From Candidatus Magasanikiibacteriota bacterium (GTDB taxonomy: Bacteria; Patescibacteriota; Patescibacteriia; Magasanikbacterales; 2-02-FULL-50-9b), in contig CALRDW010000001.1 in assembly GCA_943355025.1 (NCBI GenBank), positions 60,015 through 124,014 on the forward strand: a DNA stretch of 64,000 nucleotides, written 5' to 3'. Positions 49,082 through 59,855 of this stretch are shown one piece after another. Below the pieces are notes generated by a model, which worked only from the letters and a program-made list of their open reading frames with translations, did no database searches and had not been told where the DNA came from. The translations under genes were made by a program, and so were the position numbers. Within the stretch, counting starts at the first letter, position 1. Every line of letters starts with the position of its first letter.

Positions 49082-51045
49082 AGCTCTTTGAGAGGAAATT
49101 ATTTGTTTCGCAGCGCATGCGCTGGGTTGAAGATGCTGCACCAGCAGTTACATCGGACACTGGCCGCAGCTCTTCGTTTATTGGCGCTGCAATCGGGCAA
49201 AAGCGAATTTTATTTTTTGGATTTTTTGGTGTTATTTTTTTAGGACTTCTGCTTATTCGTGTTATTCAGATTCAGATTGTTCAGAATGCTGCGTGGCGGA
49301 CACTGGCCGAGCACAATCGTTTGCGGATTCAACCTATTATTCCTGAGCGTGGCATCATTTTTGATCGTTCCATGGTTCCGCTCGTAACAAATGTGCCGAA
49401 TTTTAGATTGACTCTTCGCGCTCAGGATTTGCCGCGTAATGATGCAAAAAGAGAGGTTCAGATTCGCGCGATTGCTGCTACGGTAGGTGTGCAAAGTGAC
49501 AAAATTGATCAGATTTTAAACGCATTTTCAAAATACCGATATGCAAGCGTTGTCATTAAAGATCCTGTTACCTATGAGGAGGTTGTTGATATTTATTTGC
49601 GTAGCGCGGCGTTTCCGAGTTTGACCATTGAACGTGGAGCGAAGCGCAAGTATGTTGAAGGTGTCCCGGGACACCAGACACCGCTTCCAGAAAGCATGGC
49701 GCATGTGCTTGGATTTTTGGGGCGTATTTCTCCGGACGAACTTGAGACGCTGAAAGTGCAAAGTCAGTATGAGTCGGGAAGCGAGTATTATCCGAGCGAT
49801 TCAATTGGAAAAACAGGAATTGAAGCGGTTGCAGAACAATTTGTTCGCGGAGCACCGGGCGAACGGGGCGCTGAAGTTGATGCGCGCGGCGCAGAGCGTG
49901 GAACTGTATCGGTTAAGCAGCCGACGCCTGGCGCAAGTGTTGTGCTAACAATTGATATTGAAATTCAAAAACAGTTGGAATCTGCTTTAAAAATGGGGCT
50001 TGCAAAAGCGGGGAAGAAGCGCGGTTCAGCGATTGCCATTGATCCGCGCGATGGCTCAGTCCTCGGCCTCGTCTCACTGCCCGCGTATGACGGCAATCTT
50101 TTTGCCGATTCAATCACACCCAAAGCGTATGCGGATTTGACTGCAAACCCCGATCAGCCGCTTGTTAATCGGGCGATTGGCGGTTTGTTTCCGGCGGGCT
50201 CAACCGTTAAGCCTTTTCTTGCCGCGGCCGCACTTCAGGAGCACGTTGTAACGCCAGAAACAAAAGTTTTGAGCACAGGCGGTCTTCATCTTGGAGCTTG
50301 GTTTTTTCCAGATTGGAAAGCTGGGGGCCATGGTCTTGTCGACGTACGTTCGGCAATTGCAAATTCTGTTAATACATATTTTTATACGATTGGGGGTGGT
50401 TACGGAACTATCCAGGGGCTTGGTCCGGCGCGTATTAAACAATACCTTGAATATTTTGGTCTTGGTTCACCGACGGGAATTCCAATCCCCGGAGAGTCAC
50501 GCGGTTTTTTGCCAAGTCCTGAATGGAAAAAAGAATCGCGCGGTGTTCAGTGGTATATTGGCGACACATATAATATTTCAATCGGACAAGGCGATATTTT
50601 GGTGTCACCGCTCCAACTTGCTATGGGCATAGCAGCAATCGCAAATAATGGAACGTTATGGAAACCTCGCGTCATCGATTATCGAATTAATAAAGATGGA
50701 ACCGAGATTGTTGAATCGCCGAGCCTGTCCGCAAAAATACCGATCGATGGTCAGTGGTTGCAAGTTGTGCGCGAAGGTATGCGACAGACAGTCACAGGTG
50801 GTTCGGCGCGAAGTCTTGGGTCAGTACCGATTGAAATTGCGGGCAAGACAGGCACGGCTCAGTGGTCGAGCACAAAGCCGCCACACGCATGGTTTGAATC
50901 GTTTGCTCCGTACCAAAATCCAGAAATTGTAACTTTGTTTATGATTGAAGAGGGAAATGAGGGGAGTACGGTTTGTGTTCCTGCCGCAAAACAATTCTAT
51001 ACGTGGTGGGCGGAGTATCGAAAAAATCGGGCTGGCGGGATTTGA
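49078..51045 (+). CDS. mrdA: Penicillin-binding protein 2
   Basis: RGIIFDR, GSTVK (SxxK), SVN (SxN), AGKTGTAQ. Confidence 0.93.
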   Translation: MKLFERKLFVSQRMRWVEDAAPAVTSDTGRSSSFIGAAIGQKRILFFGFFGVIFLGLLLIRVIQIQIVQNAAWRTLAEHNRLRIQPIIPERGIIFDRSMVPLVTNVPNFRLTLRAQDLPRNDAKREVQIRAIAATVGVQSDKIDQILNAFSKYRYASVVIKDPVTYEEVVDIYLRSAAFPSLTIERGAKRKYVEGVPGHQTPLPESMAHVLGFLGRISPDELETLKVQSQYESGSEYYPSDSIGKTGIEAVAEQFVRGAPGERGAEVDARGAERGTVSVKQPTPGASVVLTIDIEIQKQLESALKMGLAKAGKKRGSAIAIDPRDGSVLGLVSLPAYDGNLFADSITPKAYADLTANPDQPLVNRAIGGLFPAGSTVKPFLAAAALQEHVVTPETKVLSTGGLHLGAWFFPDWKAGGHGLVDVRSAIANSVNTYFYTIGGGYGTIQGLGPARIKQYLEYFGLGSPTGIPIPGESRGFLPSPEWKKESRGVQWYIGDTYNISIGQGDILVSPLQLAMGIAAIANNGTLWKPRVIDYRINKDGTEIVESPSLSAKIPIDGQWLQVVREGMRQTVTGGSARSLGSVPIEIAGKTGTAQWSSTKPPHAWFESFAPYQNPEIVTLFMIEEGNEGSTVCVPAAKQFYTWWAEYRKNRAGGI

Positions 51046-51099
51046 ACCCGCGACCTCATCGTCCCGAACGATGCGCGCTACCAACTGCGCTACAGCCCG
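51027..51099 (-). tRNA. tRNA-Pro(CGG)
   Basis: Reverse complement CGGGCTG...CATCG-TT-CGG-GA-CGATG...GGTTCAAATCC...CAGCCCGA; CCA not encoded. Confidence 0.95.
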
Positions 51100-51163
51100 A
51101 TGTCGAAATATTTTACCGCGGCCAGAGCTGCCGTGTCAATAAAATTGTGCTATAATTACACGT

Positions 51164-52936
51164 ATGGCTCGTCATTCTCTGTATGCAGGAACAGGTGCTC
51201 AGCGTTTGCGCACAGTAGGTGTGTGCTGGCTTGTTATTACCACTTTATTTATTTTGAGGCTTCTTTATTTGGAAACAGTTCAACATGCCCGGTACACAAG
51301 TCAGGCTTCTGGTGCTCGTACGTTGCACCAAAGCATTCGTGCGAAACGTGGCGAAATTTTTGCGCACGACGCGCGAGCGGGTCAGGAGACATTATATCCG
51401 ATAGCGATAAATCAGGATAAGTTTTTGCTTGTCAGTGATAATCGCAAAGTAAAAGATACAGCTCATGCAGCGCATGTGATTGCGTCGTCGAGCGGTATAG
51501 AGGGTGTTGATGAGACGGCACTTTTGCAAAAATTGTCGGTTGCTGGGCGCGCGTATCAGCCGCTTCTTAAAGGTGTTCGGGTTGAAAATATGGAATCCAT
51601 GACTGCGCAAATGGAGCGTGAGAATGTCACGGGACTTTATTTTGATCGCGAGCCGGCTCGTTTTTATCCAGAGCACGAACTTCTCGCGCATATCTCAGGA
51701 TTTATTGGTAAGGACACAGCGGGCGCTGCTGTGGGTCGTTACGGAGTTGAGGGATATTTTGATGAGCAGCTTCGCGGGGTCGACGGATTTGTGCGCACAG
51801 AAAAAGATCCGTTCGGCGGATGGATTCCCGTGGCTGATCGAGAATTTAAAGCTGCGACAGATGGCTCAGATTTAATTGTTACCGTTGATCGTGTAATTCA
51901 GTTACGCTTATGCGATGCGCTTGCACAAGGTGTAAAAAAATATGAGGCACGCAGCGGAAGTGGCATTATCATGGATCCACACACAGGCGCAATTTTGGCG
52001 ATGTGTAACGTTCCGACATTTGATCCGAATGAATATCAAAAAGTTGGCGATCCGTCAGTGTACAATAATGACGCGCTGTTCCGTGCATTTGAACCGGGGT
52101 CTGTGTTCAAGGCATTTACTATGTCAGCAGCGCTTGACGCCGGAGTTGTTTCGCCGGACACGACATATGTTGATGCAGGCTTTGTTAAGCGGGATGGATT
52201 TACGATTAGAAATGCTGCGAATAAAATATGGGGAACTGAAACCATGACAAATGTAATTAAGGAATCGATAAATACAGGAACAGTTTTTGCCGCTGATCTT
52301 TTGGGGATCGATCGGTTTAAAACATATGTTGAGAATTTTGGGTTTGGCGCGAAAACAGGAGTTGAATTAAAAACCGAAGAAAAAGGAATCATCAAATCGC
52401 TGAGAAAAAAAGGGAGTGTGTATATTGCAACCGCCTCATTTGGTCAGGGAATTACGGTTACACCGATGCAACTCATTCAAGGATATGGCGCAATTGCTAA
52501 TAAAGGGGTGATGATGAAGCCGTACATTACCTATGCATGGCGTGACGCGGCGGCGCAGGCAACAGTAACGAAGCCAACGGAGATTCGGCGCGTAATTTCA
52601 GAAAAGGCAGCAGCGCAAATTACAGAAATGATGCGCGCCGTGGTTGATGAGGCTCATGGGAAGTTAGCGCGCGTTCCCGGGTATTCGATTGCTGGCAAAA
52701 CAGGTACGGCGCAAATTGTAGGCAATAAAGGCAAATATGAAGATGCTTCGATTAACAACCATACCTTTGTCGGCTATGGGCCAATCGCGAATCCTCGGTT
52801 CGTCATGCTCATTACTTATGAGGCGCCACACGCGCGCTTTGCGGAAAGCACAGCTGTGCCAACATTTGGCGAAGTTGCCAAGTTTTTGCTAGAGTATCTG
52901 GGCGTTCCACAAGACCGCCCCCTGGCTCAGAAATAA
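51164..52936 (+). CDS. Class B penicillin-binding protein (FtsI-like)
   Basis: RGEIF, FEPGSVFK, SIN, AGKTGTAQ. Confidence 0.9.
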   Translation: MARHSLYAGTGAQRLRTVGVCWLVITTLFILRLLYLETVQHARYTSQASGARTLHQSIRAKRGEIFAHDARAGQETLYPIAINQDKFLLVSDNRKVKDTAHAAHVIASSSGIEGVDETALLQKLSVAGRAYQPLLKGVRVENMESMTAQMERENVTGLYFDREPARFYPEHELLAHISGFIGKDTAGAAVGRYGVEGYFDEQLRGVDGFVRTEKDPFGGWIPVADREFKAATDGSDLIVTVDRVIQLRLCDALAQGVKKYEARSGSGIIMDPHTGAILAMCNVPTFDPNEYQKVGDPSVYNNDALFRAFEPGSVFKAFTMSAALDAGVVSPDTTYVDAGFVKRDGFTIRNAANKIWGTETMTNVIKESINTGTVFAADLLGIDRFKTYVENFGFGAKTGVELKTEEKGIIKSLRKKGSVYIATASFGQGITVTPMQLIQGYGAIANKGVMMKPYITYAWRDAAAQATVTKPTEIRRVISEKAAAQITEMMRAVVDEAHGKLARVPGYSIAGKTGTAQIVGNKGKYEDASINNHTFVGYGPIANPRFVMLITYEAPHARFAESTAVPTFGEVAKFLLEYLGVPQDRPLAQK

Positions 52937-52950
52937 CCTTGACGCACACT

Positions 52951-54333
52951 ATGGAACTATTTACTGCAAATCGTGTACATATCCTTGGCATTGGCGGCAT
53001 TGGTGTTTCTGCAATTGCTAAAATTTTACATGCGGGCGGCGTACGAGTCACAGGCTCTGACGCGGCAGCATCCCTCATCACCGACGAGCTTTCTCTGCGC
53101 GGTATTTCGGTTGTGATTGGCCACATCGCGGAGAATCTTCCGAGCGATGTTGATGCTGTTGTGTACTCGGGTGCGGTTCCGGCAGACAATGTAGAGCGCG
53201 TTGCAGCAACAGATCGCGAGGTTCCTCAATTTTCATATTCAGAAGCGCTTGGTGCTCTCTCTCGGACTCGCCGGACGATTGCGATTTCAGGGACGCACGG
53301 AAAAAGTACGACGACGTCGATGCTTGGTTCGATTTTGATACATGCGGGCCTCGATCCGCTCATTATTGTTGGCACGCGAGTCGCTGCATTTTCGGACGGG
53401 AATGTTCATCTTGGGCGCGGTGATTTTTGTGTTGTTGAGGCGTGCGAGCATGAGGCGCAGATGATGCGTTTGGTACCGGAAAGAATAATAGTAACGAATC
53501 TTGAACCAGATCATCTCGATTATTATGGTAGTTTTGAAAATCTCATCGAAACATTTAAAAAATATGTTGCGCGCGTTCCGGCAGACCACTGCGTCGCTAA
53601 TGCAGACGATAAAGCAGTGATGAGTTTGTTTGGTAACGATGGTGCTGCGGGCCCGCGCACAATCGGAGCAAAGGCGGGAATGCTTCGGTGTGTTTCGCGA
53701 AGGACAGATACTGGGGTTCAACGAGTGCAGATTGAAGACGCGGAAACCGGATCTCAATTTGAACTCGCACTCAGAATTCCGGGTGCGTTTAATGTGCTTA
53801 ATGCTCTCTGCGCGCTTGAAATGGCGCGAAGTATCGGTATCGGTTTGGAGCTCGCTATTGAGGCGCTCGAACAGTTTCCGGGATCGTGGCGTCGCTTTGA
53901 GCGCGTTGGAACATTTCATGATGCTCCCGTTATTTCCGATTATGGACATCATCCGACAGCGGTTCGCGAAACGATTCGCGCGGCGCGAGAATTTTTTCCG
54001 GGGCGTCGAATATTTTTAGTGTATCAACCACATCAGCATCACAGAACCGAAGCATTATACAAAGACTTTGTTGATGCGCTACAGGAGTCGGACGCATTGG
54101 TGCTCTGCGAAATTTACGATGTTGTTGGACGCGAGCACGGCTCGAGCGCTGCATCGGCGCATGGCATAATTGATGAGCTGTCAGCGCGTGATGCAGATAA
54201 ACCGCTATGGTATGCACAGTCATTGAGCGATGCGGTTGAATATGTTCGTTCGAATGTTGAGCCGAACGATATTTTGCTTGTCATGGGCGCGGGGGACATT
54301 TATAAAATCGCCGACATGCTATGCTCGAAATAA
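52951..54333 (+). CDS. murC: UDP-N-acetylmuramate--L-alanine ligase
   Basis: GIGGIGVSA, GTHGKSTT, DHLDYY, RRFE, DYGHHP, QPH. Confidence 0.94.
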   Translation: MELFTANRVHILGIGGIGVSAIAKILHAGGVRVTGSDAAASLITDELSLRGISVVIGHIAENLPSDVDAVVYSGAVPADNVERVAATDREVPQFSYSEALGALSRTRRTIAISGTHGKSTTTSMLGSILIHAGLDPLIIVGTRVAAFSDGNVHLGRGDFCVVEACEHEAQMMRLVPERIIVTNLEPDHLDYYGSFENLIETFKKYVARVPADHCVANADDKAVMSLFGNDGAAGPRTIGAKAGMLRCVSRRTDTGVQRVQIEDAETGSQFELALRIPGAFNVLNALCALEMARSIGIGLELAIEALEQFPGSWRRFERVGTFHDAPVISDYGHHPTAVRETIRAAREFFPGRRIFLVYQPHQHHRTEALYKDFVDALQESDALVLCEIYDVVGREHGSSAASAHGIIDELSARDADKPLWYAQSLSDAVEYVRSNVEPNDILLVMGAGDIYKIADMLCSK

Positions 54334-55250
54334 AATCGGATGCGCCACTTGGCAAAGTGACCACATTCAAAATTGGGGGCAACTCGCGCGCCGCTGCTCT
54401 GGTTGGCTCAGTCGACGAATTGAAAGAGGCGTGCGCTTTTGCAGACGGCGCCGGTCTCGCATTCCGAGTTCTTGGTGGTGGAAGCAATGTGCTCGTTGGC
54501 GACGACGGTTTTGACGGCCTGATTATTTGGTATCGCGACAGAACTTTTGAAATTGATGCCTCGACTGGCATCATACGTGTTGGTGGCGGCGCCATCACAG
54601 CACAGGTCGCAGGGGCCGCCGCGCGCGCCGGCCTTACGGGTTTCGAATGGGCTGCCGGCGTACCGGGGACAATTGGCGGCGCGATCTATGGAAACGCGGG
54701 AGCTTCAGGCGGAGAAATGAAAGAAGTTGTCGTGAGTGTTGATGTATTTGAGCGTGGCGAAACTCGTACATACTCGGCAGCTGAGTGTGGGTTTGCGTAT
54801 CGACATTCCGCGTTTAAGAATGCTAGCGGCATTATTACCGCAGCGACACTTCGGTTGCAGCATGCTACTCAGAGCGCAGATCCCCAGAAAAAAGTAATGG
54901 AAGTGCTTCGTTACCGCATGGAAACGCAGCCAAAAGGTTTTGCATCAACAGGGTGTATCTTTAAAAATTTTGAACCAGATGAGACCGCAATTGAATCTCT
55001 GCGAGGTGTTGGCGTGCCTGAAATGTTTTTGGTAGCACGTCGTGTCCCCGCCGGCTGGCTCATTGAGCACGCAGGACTCAAGGGCCTGCGCCGTGGAGCT
55101 GCGCGTGTATCTGAAGTGCATGGAAATTTTATCATTAATGAGGGTGGAGCAACTGCTGGCGATATCATCGAACTCATCGAATTGGTGCGCGGCGGAGTTG
55201 AAAAGAAATTTGGCGTGCGCTTGACAGAAGAGATTACAATTTTGCAGTAA
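54321..55250 (+). CDS. murB: UDP-N-acetylenolpyruvoylglucosamine reductase
   Basis: TTFKIGG, GGGSN, PGTIGGA..GNAG, GCIFKN, HGNFIIN. Confidence 0.94.
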   Translation: MLEIKSDAPLGKVTTFKIGGNSRAAALVGSVDELKEACAFADGAGLAFRVLGGGSNVLVGDDGFDGLIIWYRDRTFEIDASTGIIRVGGGAITAQVAGAAARAGLTGFEWAAGVPGTIGGAIYGNAGASGGEMKEVVVSVDVFERGETRTYSAAECGFAYRHSAFKNASGIITAATLRLQHATQSADPQKKVMEVLRYRMETQPKGFASTGCIFKNFEPDETAIESLRGVGVPEMFLVARRVPAGWLIEHAGLKGLRRGAARVSEVHGNFIINEGGATAGDIIELIELVRGGVEKKFGVRLTEEITILQ

Positions 55251-55290
55251 ACCGGTCATTGGCGTGCTATACTAAAGAAAATAATTTCAT

Positions 55291-55734
55291 ATGGACACAT
55301 ACTCATTACCCTCAACTGCACTCACGAATACACGAGAGCCACAAGGCGTCGGTATTCGTCTCGTCGCAACAATAATTGATTTTATTGTTATTGTCATCGG
55401 CACATTTATTTTTAGCATGTTTTTCGGTACGGCGCGTGGGAGCAGTTTTTCCGTTCAGGGTCTGTCGGGACTTGTTTTATTCTTTCTCATTCTTGGATAT
55501 TACGTAATCATGGAATGGAAATATGGCGCAACTGTCGGCAAACTTGCGGTGGGTCTACGAGTTGTCATGCTCGACGGATCGCGCGAAACGATTGCAGCCG
55601 CGATTATTCGGACTATTATGCGTATAATCGATAGTTTGTTTTTATATCTTGTTGCGGTAATCGCCGTTTCCGCATCCGTGAAAAAACAGCGTCTTGGGGA
55701 TATGGTTGCTGGAACCATAGTTATTAAAAAATAG
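55291..55734 (+). CDS. RDD-family membrane protein
   Basis: R..A..ID, GATVGK...GLRVV, QRLGDMVAGT. Confidence 0.88.
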   Translation: MDTYSLPSTALTNTREPQGVGIRLVATIIDFIVIVIGTFIFSMFFGTARGSSFSVQGLSGLVLFFLILGYYVIMEWKYGATVGKLAVGLRVVMLDGSRETIAAAIIRTIMRIIDSLFLYLVAVIAVSASVKKQRLGDMVAGTIVIKK

Positions 55735-55756
55735 GAACGCATTAATTTTATTTGGT

Positions 55757-56071
55757 ATGAAACTGATTTTACACACGGATGGTTTGCAAATGACCGCAGC
55801 GACAAAACAAGAAGCGGAGGACAAATTTATGCGGTTGCGACGAGTGTTCGGTCGACTTGACCATAGCGACTTACTATTTAATGTTGAGCTTTCGCGCACA
55901 ACAACGCATCATAAAAAGGGTAAAATTTTTCGCGCAGAAGCGCACATGCCAATTGGAAAACATGCAATGTTTGTGGCTGTTGAGGGAGAAGATTTATTGG
56001 AAGCAATTGACCACTGCATTGCTGCATGCCGCAAACAACTCACTCGAATTAAGGAGAAACTCGAGAACTAA
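55757..56071 (+). CDS. hpf: Ribosome hibernation promoting factor (HPF/RaiA, short)
   Basis: HHKKG.IFRAE, DL.EAID...QL...KEK; upstream of secA. Confidence 0.82.
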   Translation: MKLILHTDGLQMTAATKQEAEDKFMRLRRVFGRLDHSDLLFNVELSRTTTHHKKGKIFRAEAHMPIGKHAMFVAVEGEDLLEAIDHCIAACRKQLTRIKEKLEN

Positions 56072-56119
56072 ATAGACCCTTGAATTCATTCTGGAAAGGC
56101 GCTATACTGAGCGTTATCT

Positions 56120-58912
56120 ATGTCTTTCCTCACAAAACTGTTTGGCGATCCGAATAAGAAAGTAATTGATGTGCTCCGGCCAGTGGTTTCGCGCATAAAC
56201 GCGTATGAAGCTGATTTTAAGCTTCTTTCAAAAGAAGAGCTATGCGAAAAGACCATCTTTCTGAGAACGCGGCTCGCCCAGGGTGAATCGCTCGACGACG
56301 TTTTGCCAGAGGCGTTCGCTGCAGTGCGCGAGGCAGCAAGCCGAACCATTAATCAGCGCCACTACGATGTCCAGCTCATGGGCGGCATCGTTTTGCACCG
56401 AGGACAAATCGCAGAAATGCGCACGGGTGAAGGTAAAACGTTAACTTCGACGCTTGCAGTGTACCTTCAGGCGCTTTCGGGTCGCGGCGTGCACGTTGTG
56501 ACAGTTAATGACTATCTTGCAAAGCGTGATGCGGTTTGGATGGGTCAGATTTTCCATGCCCTTGGCATGAGTGTCGGTATTATTCAACAACAAATGACGT
56601 CATTTGCGTATGACCCGTCGTTTAAGGTGCGCCAGACAGTAACAGCGGATGGCCTCACGGATCAGGGGACAGAAAAAGACGTGGAGCGCGACACACTCGG
56701 CTCGTTTCATGTTGAAATGGACTATCTTCGGCCGTGCGAGCGAAAAGCTGCGTATGCGGCTGACATCACCTACGGAACAAACAATGAGTTTGGGTTTGAT
56801 TATTTGCGCGACAACATGGCGTATTCGAAGGCTGAGATGGTTCAGCGCGATTTAGCATTTGCCGTTATTGATGAAGTTGATTCAATATTGATTGATGAAG
56901 CTCGCACGCCGCTTATTATCAGCGCGCCAGCCGAAGAGTCGAGTGATACGTATGCAAAATGTGCGCAGGTTGTTCGTGCGCTCGCAGCGAACGACCACTA
57001 TACTCTTGACGAAAAACAACGGACCGTTTCTTTGACTGACAGCGGTATCGCAAAAGTTGAGGGATTGCTCGGCGTTGAAAATTTATATGTTGATGGCGGA
57101 CATCGCCTCGTGCACCACGTCGACGCGGCATTGCGCGCGCAAGTTTTATTTACGCGCGACAAAGATTATGTAGTTAAGGATGGTGAAATTCTTATCGTTG
57201 ACGAATTTACGGGCCGCCTCATGATTGGGCGTCGATACTCAGAAGGTTTGCACCAGGCGATTGAAGCAAAGGAAGATGTTACGGTTCAACGCGAAAGTCA
57301 GACGCTTGCGACTGTTACGTTTCAAAATTATTTCCGCTTGTACGATCGCATCGCGGGTATGACAGGTACTGCGGTAACGGAAGCTGAGGAGTTTGGGAAA
57401 ATTTATACGCTTGAAGTTGTTGTTATTCCGCCAAATAAAATTTCTCAGCGTACAGATTTGGGCGATCAAATTTACGCGACAGAGGAGGGAAAGTTTAGCG
57501 CGGTTGTTGCGGAAATTAAAAAGCGACACGAGCGCGGACAGCCGGTTTTGCTTGGTACGATTTCAATTGAGAAAAATGAGCGGTTGTCGCTGCTTCTTGA
57601 GCGCGAAGGTGTACCACATCAAATTTTAAATGCGAAAAATCACGAAAAAGAAGGCGAAATTATCGCGCAGGCAGGACGGCGTGGTGCTGTAACGCTCGCG
57701 ACAAATATGGCGGGTCGCGGTGTTGATATTTTGCTTGGTGGTAATCCAATTACTCCGGAGCAACAGGAATTCGTCCGCTCAGTCGGGGGTTTGTTCGTAC
57801 TTGGAACAGAGCGTCATGAATCGCGCCGCATTGATAATCAGCTTCGTGGTCGCGCGGGACGACAAGGCGATCCGGGTGAAACACAATTTTTTATCTCGAC
57901 TGAGGACGATCTCATGCGCATCTTCGGCTCTGATCGCATGCGAAATATGATGCGCCGATTGCAGGTGCCGGACGATATGCCGATTGAGCATCCGCTTATT
58001 TCTCGCTCGCTCGAAACTGCACAGAAAAAAGTTGAAGGCCATAACTTTGACATTCGAAAACATTTGCTCGAATATGATGATGTATTAAATCGTCACCGCG
58101 AAGTTATTTACAAGAAACGTCGCGAGATTTTGGACGCAAGTGAAGAGGTTGAAGGTCTTGAAAAAATTCTTGAGATGCTCCGCGTAATGTTTGACGAGGA
58201 GATCGAGCATTTAATTTTTCAATACACAGAAGTTGCAACCGAGATCGAAACTGAAACAACTGCTGCGCGACGAGAGCTGCTTAGCACGTTGGTCCGACTA
58301 CTTCGAATCGATGAATCACGAATTAATACGGCACTTGCACCACTCGATGTTGAGGAGGCTGTTGAACTTCTTGCGGTTCGGACTGAGACAATTGAAGCGC
58401 TCAGCGAACTCGCACACGAGCAGCTTGAAACAACAATCGCTAGTTTTACAGACAAGCAGATTGTACTCGGCGCATTGAGCAATGTTATGCTTCGTGCGAT
58501 TGATGCGCTGTGGATCGAGCATTTGGAAGCGCTCAGTTATCTGCGAACGGGTATAGGGCTTCGTGGGTATGGACAGCGCGACCCGCTTGTTGAATATAAG
58601 AAGGAAAGTTATCGATTGTTTCAAGAGCTCATGGCATTTATTACGAAGGATGTTGTATATATTGTACTTGCTGTCGGTCAGGCCGCGAAGTTTGCGCCAT
58701 CATTATTGTCGCGTGAAGGACTTTCTCTCTCGGGTGCTGCAAAAACTCAGGATGCGCAGGAGCGACAGGATGAAAAAATTCATGACGGGGAAATTGTTGA
58801 TGGTATGTCGGGGGTTTCCGAGGAAATGAATTTGGGAGGGCCAAAGGTCGGGCGCAATGATGCGTGTCCGTGCGGAAGTGGCAAAAAATATAAAAAATGT
58901 CATGGGGCATAA
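56120..58912 (+). CDS. secA: Protein translocase ATPase SecA
   Basis: [34 protein letters not shown] motif [18 protein letters not shown]. Confidence 0.97.
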   Translation: MSFLTKLFGDPNKKVIDVLRPVVSRINAYEADFKLLSKEELCEKTIFLRTRLAQGESLDDVLPEAFAAVREAASRTINQRHYDVQLMGGIVLHRGQIAEMRTGEGKTLTSTLAVYLQALSGRGVHVVTVNDYLAKRDAVWMGQIFHALGMSVGIIQQQMTSFAYDPSFKVRQTVTADGLTDQGTEKDVERDTLGSFHVEMDYLRPCERKAAYAADITYGTNNEFGFDYLRDNMAYSKAEMVQRDLAFAVIDEVDSILIDEARTPLIISAPAEESSDTYAKCAQVVRALAANDHYTLDEKQRTVSLTDSGIAKVEGLLGVENLYVDGGHRLVHHVDAALRAQVLFTRDKDYVVKDGEILIVDEFTGRLMIGRRYSEGLHQAIEAKEDVTVQRESQTLATVTFQNYFRLYDRIAGMTGTAVTEAEEFGKIYTLEVVVIPPNKISQRTDLGDQIYATEEGKFSAVVAEIKKRHERGQPVLLGTISIEKNERLSLLLEREGVPHQILNAKNHEKEGEIIAQAGRRGAVTLATNMAGRGVDILLGGNPITPEQQEFVRSVGGLFVLGTERHESRRIDNQLRGRAGRQGDPGETQFFISTEDDLMRIFGSDRMRNMMRRLQVPDDMPIEHPLISRSLETAQKKVEGHNFDIRKHLLEYDDVLNRHREVIYKKRREILDASEEVEGLEKILEMLRVMFDEEIEHLIFQYTEVATEIETETTAARRELLSTLVRLLRIDESRINTALAPLDVEEAVELLAVRTETIEALSELAHEQLETTIASFTDKQIVLGALSNVMLRAIDALWIEHLEALSYLRTGIGLRGYGQRDPLVEYKKESYRLFQELMAFITKDVVYIVLAVGQAAKFAPSLLSREGLSLSGAAKTQDAQERQDEKIHDGEIVDGMSGVSEEMNLGGPKVGRNDACPCGSGKKYKKCHGA

Positions 58913-58917
58913 CGCAA

Positions 58918-59026
58918 GAAATAATGCATATGATGCATTATTTCCGTTATGCCGGGCCGAGCCCTGCGAGGCCCAGGAGCATAACACTGCGTGCCGGGCC
59001 GAGCTGCTAGCGAGGATCGGTTGCAG
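58918..59026. repeat. Three consecutive hairpins, two sharing a 13-nt direct repeat
   Basis: GAAATAATGCAT-ATG-ATGCATTATTTC; TGCCGGGCCGAGC at 58950 and 58992, each followed by GCGAGG. Confidence 0.75.
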
Positions 59027-59050
59027 CGAAAATTAAAATAATAAAACACT

Positions 59051-59437
59051 ATGCCGCTAACACTCAAGGTCGTTGTCTCAGCACTCATCATCAAAGATGA
59101 TACAATTTTGTTGGTTCAGAATAAAAAAAATCCGAAAGTCGGCTGCTACGGTTTTCCAGGCGGCGTTGTCAAAGGAGCAAATCCACTTGAGTCGCTCATA
59201 AAGCAGGTGCTGGATGATACGAGTTGCAAATTCGAGGGCGCATTTTTCACCTACAATTATCGTGAAGAAACATTTCCTGTTGCAACACTCTTTTTTGTGG
59301 GCACAGTCAAAGGAAAACCACATAAAGCTGGAGCAAACATTTCTGATGTTACGTTTGTTGCAATTGAAGAGGCACGCAAAATGGATTTGGCACATGATCA
59401 TAATTTAATTTTAGAACAGTACGTTGCAACTCGATAA
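59051..59437 (+). CDS. Nudix-fold protein with degenerate Nudix box
   Basis: ILLVQ...YGFPGG; box reads GGVVKGANPLESLIKQVLDDTSC; C-terminal LAHDH. Confidence 0.78.
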   Translation: MPLTLKVVVSALIIKDDTILLVQNKKNPKVGCYGFPGGVVKGANPLESLIKQVLDDTSCKFEGAFFTYNYREETFPVATLFFVGTVKGKPHKAGANISDVTFVAIEEARKMDLAHDHNLILEQYVATR

Positions 59438-59456
59438 TCTTCATAAGAATTGATTT

Positions 59457-59855
59457 ATGAAAATAGTAATTTGTGGCAGCATGAAATTTTCCTCAGTAAT
59501 GCTCGAGACACAAAAAAAACTAGAGACGCTCGGCCACGAAGTTACGATTCCGAAGGGTATGGAACGATTTCTTAATACCAGTCTTGAAATTGAGACCGCG
59601 GATATAAAAATCGAGAATGATTATATTCGACACTATCACGGCAAAATTGTAGAGGCCGATGCAATTCTTGTTTTGAATTTAACAAAGAATGGCGTTGAAA
59701 ATTATATTGGCGGCAATACTTTGATGGAATTGGGTTTCGCGCATGTAATGAATAAAAAAATATTTTTGTTCAACCCGATTCCTGAAATGAGTTACTCAGA
59801 TGAGATAATTGCGGTGCAACCAATTATAATTAATGGAGATTTAGAAAAAATATGA
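59457..59855 (+). CDS. Nucleoside 2-deoxyribosyltransferase-like protein
   Basis: ICGSM, KIVEADAILVLN, YIG.NT.MELGFA...KKI. Confidence 0.72.
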   Translation: MKIVICGSMKFSSVMLETQKKLETLGHEVTIPKGMERFLNTSLEIETADIKIENDYIRHYHGKIVEADAILVLNLTKNGVENYIGGNTLMELGFAHVMNKKIFLFNPIPEMSYSDEIIAVQPIIINGDLEKI

